Below are positions 58,160 through 64,000 of a stretch of 64,000 nt of DNA, piece after piece. The stretch is from the human T2T-CHM13v2.0 reference genome, Homo sapiens. Numbering within the stretch: the first letter of the stretch is position 1; every line of letters begins with the position of its first letter. The notes under the pieces are model-generated. The model was not told the origin of the DNA and ran no database searches. It saw only the letters and a program-made list of their open reading frames with translations. Both the position numbers and the translations under genes were made by a program. Location: NCBI RefSeq assembly GCF_009914755.1, contig NC_060927.1; one strand, given 5' to 3'.

Positions 58160-59175
58160 TTCATTGACAACTCAAATTTGCTTGAACATTAGAATCACCT
58201 AAGAAGTGTCTGGCTTCTGCTCTGAAAGATTCTGATTTATTGGTCTGGGATATGACCTGAGCGATGGGATTTTTAGAAGTTTCCCAGGTGATTATAATAC
58301 GAAGCCAAGGTTGAGAACCACAGGTCTACAGCTAATGCCACAGCCCAAAGAATAAGTCTATGAGTTGGGGTTCCAGGTGCTGTGTAGAATTCATGAGTAG
58401 GTAGGGTTTGGAGAATAGGTAGGGTTTTGTGTAATCCCCCAGATATTCCCTCCCAGGAAAGCCAATCTGATCTGCTTTTTAAGGCTGGATCAGGACAAAA
58501 AGTTCATGACCTTATGGTAATAAGAGCCATGCAGTGCCAAGAAGCTGATTCCAGGTCATGCTGTCCCAGTGGTACTTACTCAATGTTGGAACAGACAGTC
58601 ATCCACGAGTCTCTTATACTCCTGAACTTCTCACAGAGTGTGCCAAGAATGTACTTTTTCCTTAAATAATTAACTGACTTCCATCTCAGAGTTCCGGATT
58701 CACTAAACCTGGGGTGGAGCTTTCAAATTTGCATTTCTAACTTGTTCCTTGATGATGTGCTGCCCATACTTTATTATCTGATTTCTTAGGAACAATGGTT
58801 CTAAAACTTCGTTGTGTTGTGAAAAAGCTAGTAAGATCGTGGAGACCCTGGATTTTTGAACTAGAATCTAGTCTGGGCCTTTATATTTTTACCAGTTTCT
58901 CAGGTGATGCAGATACTAACCAAAGGTTAAGATTCACAGCTTCAGTTAGAGCAGTGGTTCTCAATTGAGAGTGATTGTACTCCCCAGAGGACATTTCACA
59001 TTATCTGGAGGTATTTTTGGTTGTCGGATCTGGGGCATGGTAGGTGGGAGCATTCATACTGTTGGTGTCTAGTGGGTAGAACCAGGGATGGTGTTGACCA
59101 TACTGCAATACACAAGACAGCTACCTACAAGAAATAATTATTCAGTCTAATGTGTCAATGGTGCCAAGCCTGAGG
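58160..59175. mobile_element. Cluster of hAT-Charlie MITEs: MER5-like at about 58160-58325, 58640-58760 and 58790-58940; MER20 at about 58952-59175
   Basis: cattagaatcacct, gattctgattt, cccaggtgatt, gttgagaaccac and cagtggttctcaa motifs. Confidence 0.7.
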
Positions 59176-60277
59176 GATATAGCATAGTTTGAGCACTGCG
59201 AGGCTCATCTAATTCCCTTAACTTAAAAATGAGGATACTTAGACCCACAGGTAGGCAGTAGCAGGAGTACAATGCTTAATTTGATATAGCAAAATATAAA
59301 ACATATATGCTAGATGTCATGGGGCAGTGGGTGATAGTAGTTTTGTAAATTCTTTTTTAAAAAGCAAAAGAAAAAAGCACATGACAGTAAGAAAGAAAAA
59401 TATTTGAGAAAAGACGACATTGGAACATAAAATGTTGACATTTCTACTAAGATAGGTATGAACTGGGAGACTGGAATTTTGCTTTTCTTCCTATTCTTTA
59501 CAAAATCAAAGAATAGCCAGAGCACAAGAGAATCCATCCAAAAACATTAAAGGAGATTCTGGGCGACAGAGCCCTTTTTATTATATTTGGATTGAGTCTT
59601 AACAGAGCTTGAATTTCCTTTTGACTTCTGTTTACAAGTCAACAGCATAATTGCACCGTCTTTCTTTAGGGAACCATCAGCAAGTAGGAATTAGAAGAGA
59701 TTTTTAAGTGCTTCTTATTTTCTCCAAATCAGCTTAGTTTTTAAAAACCAACTTTTCTCCATTCTAGTAAATATTTTTGGAACAATAAAAGTGTACTCGG
59801 ACTTCAGCAGTAGACTTAACACTTTCCAAAAGCGAATCTGATACTAGTTTATTATGATCACGTGTAACCAGGGCTCTTGCTTGCCCCAAACATCTTTGAT
59901 TCCTTTGAAATGAAAGGAATAATTCTCACTGTGCGACAACCCAACTCGTTGTTCAGCTGCTGTTGATGCTGGTGACAAGGGAGTTGTTTTGGAGACAATT
60001 TTTTCTTACGCAAATAAAATCATCTGAAGACTTTTTTTCCTCCAAATAAGTTAGTGTGAAAGGCAAGCCACCAACAATCTGTCAACGTAAGAGAGTGAGA
60101 GAGAAAGCCCTCCCTGGAGAAAGAGGTTTTTTTTTTAGAAAAATTAATATTTAACTTACATTTAAAATCAAACAGGAGCTGCCACATTCCAGGACTGTCT
60201 GTTCCTTTCCAATTTCTTCAATAGCTCCATCCTTGTGCTTACCTTAATTCTCAGTTGAGCTTTAAAATTCCAAATCA

Positions 60278-60709
<432 letters not shown>

Positions 60710-61167
60710 TAACGGTGCTAAGTATTCCCCAAATAATTGAGGCTAAAAACACAATTCAGATTGAAATCCAGATTATTGGGTATATCCTATGTGTTTAGCA
60801 TTTTACCAATTATTTTTACAAACATTAAGTTATATAACCCTCAAGGGTCCCTTTGAGTAAGACATTTGTACTGTAATGTTACCGTTGAAATAATTGAGGC
60901 TTATAAAATAGAAATGACTTGCCTAATGCAATAGTTTGAAACTGACAGAGCCAGGACTAAAGCTTATTTAGTGCTTTTCTCACTGCTTCTCAGTGCTTCC
61001 TTCTAGGCCTAAAATACCTTCATAGCTTCTGTCACAATTCTGCCTTGGTTCAAGTTATACAGACCACATTTCTGCTTTAATCACCAAATTTGTTTTATAA
61101 GCATCATTCAGCTAGAGTCCCAGACTCATAAAATTATTTTGCAAAATATATATAGACAAAGTGTGTT

Positions 61168-61171
<4 letters not shown>

Positions 61172-61200
<29 letters not shown>
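61172..61200. repeat. (TG)n microsatellite
   Basis: Uninterrupted run. Confidence 0.95.
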
Positions 61201-61203
<3 letters not shown>

Positions 61204-63585
61204 GCCATATGTATTGGACAGAAGCTGAATACAACTTTGAACTCAGCTTGTTAGACGATATAATGTGTATAGGAACACTCAAGACAAGAGAAGTAAATAG
61301 GTCTTAATTCATTTCTACACAAGGGATGCCAGAACACTGTTCTTGGGTGCAAAGAAAAGCCTTATGCATCAGAAATTCTGGAAGAGAAGAATATTCTGTA
61401 TGCATGGGATGATCTGTCATCCTGAGATAACCCTTATGCCCTCCCTGTCCCAAGACCCTCTTCGCATTTCCATCCCTGCACTCTTCCTCACAGGGCTCCC
61501 TGATATCACATTTCAGAAGCATCCCTGTTGCAAGCTCCAGGAACTGAGTCTGGCTCTGGTCATTCTGTAGTTCCAGGAGGCTTTGTCCCATGGCAAAGTA
61601 GACACCACTGTTCTCCTAGTGGCCTACTCTAACTTGGAACACTGGTTTAGAAACTGAACCCTTGTATTTTCCTGTTTAGGTATATTAGGGTTGATCATTA
61701 ATGACTTATCTTTTCCCAACTTCAAACTTGGAATCACTTGAGATAATTATCCAAATATTACCTTTATTGATGAATAAGCAGTTTTGAAGAACATGGGTTT
61801 TAATCTTTAGTAAATGGTCTTTTTATTTCTTCAGCCAACCACACCCTCAAATCAAACTTACCTGCCTACTCCCAGGCCACGCTAGACAAGTATGAAGTAT
61901 TACTGTAGAAATTTCCTCATTGAGATATTTAAGAAAAATGAGGGCTTCCTTCAACATTCTACTTAATCTCAATAATTATCACCCTATTTCCTCTGAAATG
62001 AGTCCCTTGCCTTACTCCTTCTGGCTCTAACTGAAATTGTTCCTAAACCTCAGTCCCTTTCATAGCTGTTAGATATCAGTAATGCCACTAACCTGCCTGG
62101 ACCAGCACCTAGCTCTTGCTATCAAACTCCTTGGGTAAGAGCTTCATCTTTCTGGTATGGCATCTTCCTGTCTCCCTTTAAAGCCACCCGAATACTGACT
62201 GCTTTGCTATTGGACATCTGCATTTCATCCTGTTGCTTCCTGCCTATATACCCCTAAGTCTGGTCCACTAAAATGTTCTGACCAGTTGTTAAGACCTTCC
62301 TTTGGATCTGGCCTGCCCTGCTTCTGACAGGGCCCCTGAGCTGACAGTGCACTGAGGCGTGTTCTGGCTACAACAGAGCTATTGATGTGCTTATCTCTCT
62401 GGCCTCAGCTTCATGGGAAAAGGATGGAGACGCACACTTCAATTGTGAATCATGTCTTGTTCCCATTTTCAGAAAAACGTAGGCTGCTGCAGTTTTTACA
62501 TTTTGTCGGGGATCTAGATGGAAAGCCAAATATAAAAAGCGCAGGAAGGAATACAAAGATATTAGTTGACTGATAGAAAATTTACATTAAGTTCCCTCCT
62601 AGCATTAAACTTTCATCTTTGTTCAGGTTCAACTCATACTAATTGAGGATTCTAAACTGGAAACATTTTTGTGATTTTATTTGAGCCCTGGGGTTTAGAG
62701 ACAGGAAGAAATTAAGGGATACAATATTATACAAACTTTACGAATGAAGACATTTGTTAAGATATTTGTCTTTACTGCCTAATTTATGATTTTTTTGTGG
62801 ATTTCAAAAAATATTTTAAGTCCACAGAAAAAAAATAAGTTACGCAGTAGAGAGTTGAATCTGAATCCAGAGCTCACTTTACTGGAGATGTCTTCCTTCT
62901 CTTGTGAGGACCTCCAGACAGGAATTCCTTTCAGCGCCTGCAAACAGGAGGCTTTGTTCTAGTCAATTTCTTCAGACTTCTGGTAGCCTCCAAACTCATC
63001 ATCTGGTAGGATCACAGGGAAACTAAAAGAGCCAAATACTAGGACAATAAAGCCTCAGCCACTAAAACCCTCTGAATTCTACTGCTGGGTATTCACCACT
63101 CTAATGATTCTAGGCTGCTCTGCCCACCCTTATCACCATTTCCCCACATCTACGTTATGCGTCATGTAACCTGTGGTATCCTGCATGCTGGCACCAAGTT
63201 TTCCCACCCAATCTTGCATCCCTGCTTCTATGAATAGCATCTACATGTGCTTCCCCCAGGACTGCTGAGCCCCCTCTTCTGTTCTCTTCTTTAGTGCCTG
63301 ATGGGTACTAGCAGCCCACCCCAGCCAGATGGAGGACAAGGCCTCTCCAAGTCTCAAGGAAATGCACAATCCTTCCTTACCTCTGGCCTCAGAACTCTCA
63401 GCATCTCATTGATTAGCAACCTCATCTGTGGCAAATCTAAGGTAATTGCTTTGAAGGTAATAAGATGATGTAATATGTAATGTTTTTACTTTATATAAAG
63501 CATCAGTAGCTCACATTTTATGATTTGTAGTCACTAAGATTAACAACTCATGATTTACTATCAAGTATAGATTAAAAGGTAATTA

Positions 63586-63984
<399 letters not shown>

Positions 63985-64000
63985 TTAATAAAGAAAAATG

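Noticed and set aside
62530-62540. TATAAAA on the plus strand
   Set aside because: An isolated motif with no other promoter evidence.

Overview
This is primate, almost certainly human, genomic DNA covering the 5' end of P3H2 (LEPREL1, prolyl 3-hydroxylase 2) on the minus strand. Coding exon 1 (480 nt, 55097->54618) lies in a CpG island. About 54.6 kb of the very large first intron fills the left of the window and about 9 kb of upstream sequence lies to the right. I saw no other P3H2 coding exon. Almost all other ORFs in the track derive from Alu, L1, Tigger or low-complexity sequence. Repeats include about 20 Alu/FLAM elements, a 5'-inverted L1PB with target-site duplications (TSDs), short L1PA 3' ends, a near full-length Tigger1, a MaLR solo LTR, MER20/MER5 elements and MIR/L2 remnants. 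I found no evidence for a new multi-gene system. The most unusual signals are local rearrangements read directly from the sequence: a 202-bp 98%-identical inverted templated insertion, a closely spaced inverted AluY pair sharing non-consensus bases, several tandem and dispersed duplications (some multiplying ETS/RBPJ-like motifs near the promoter), and a probable alternative non-coding first exon. Repeat family names and recalled annotations are from memory and need database confirmation.
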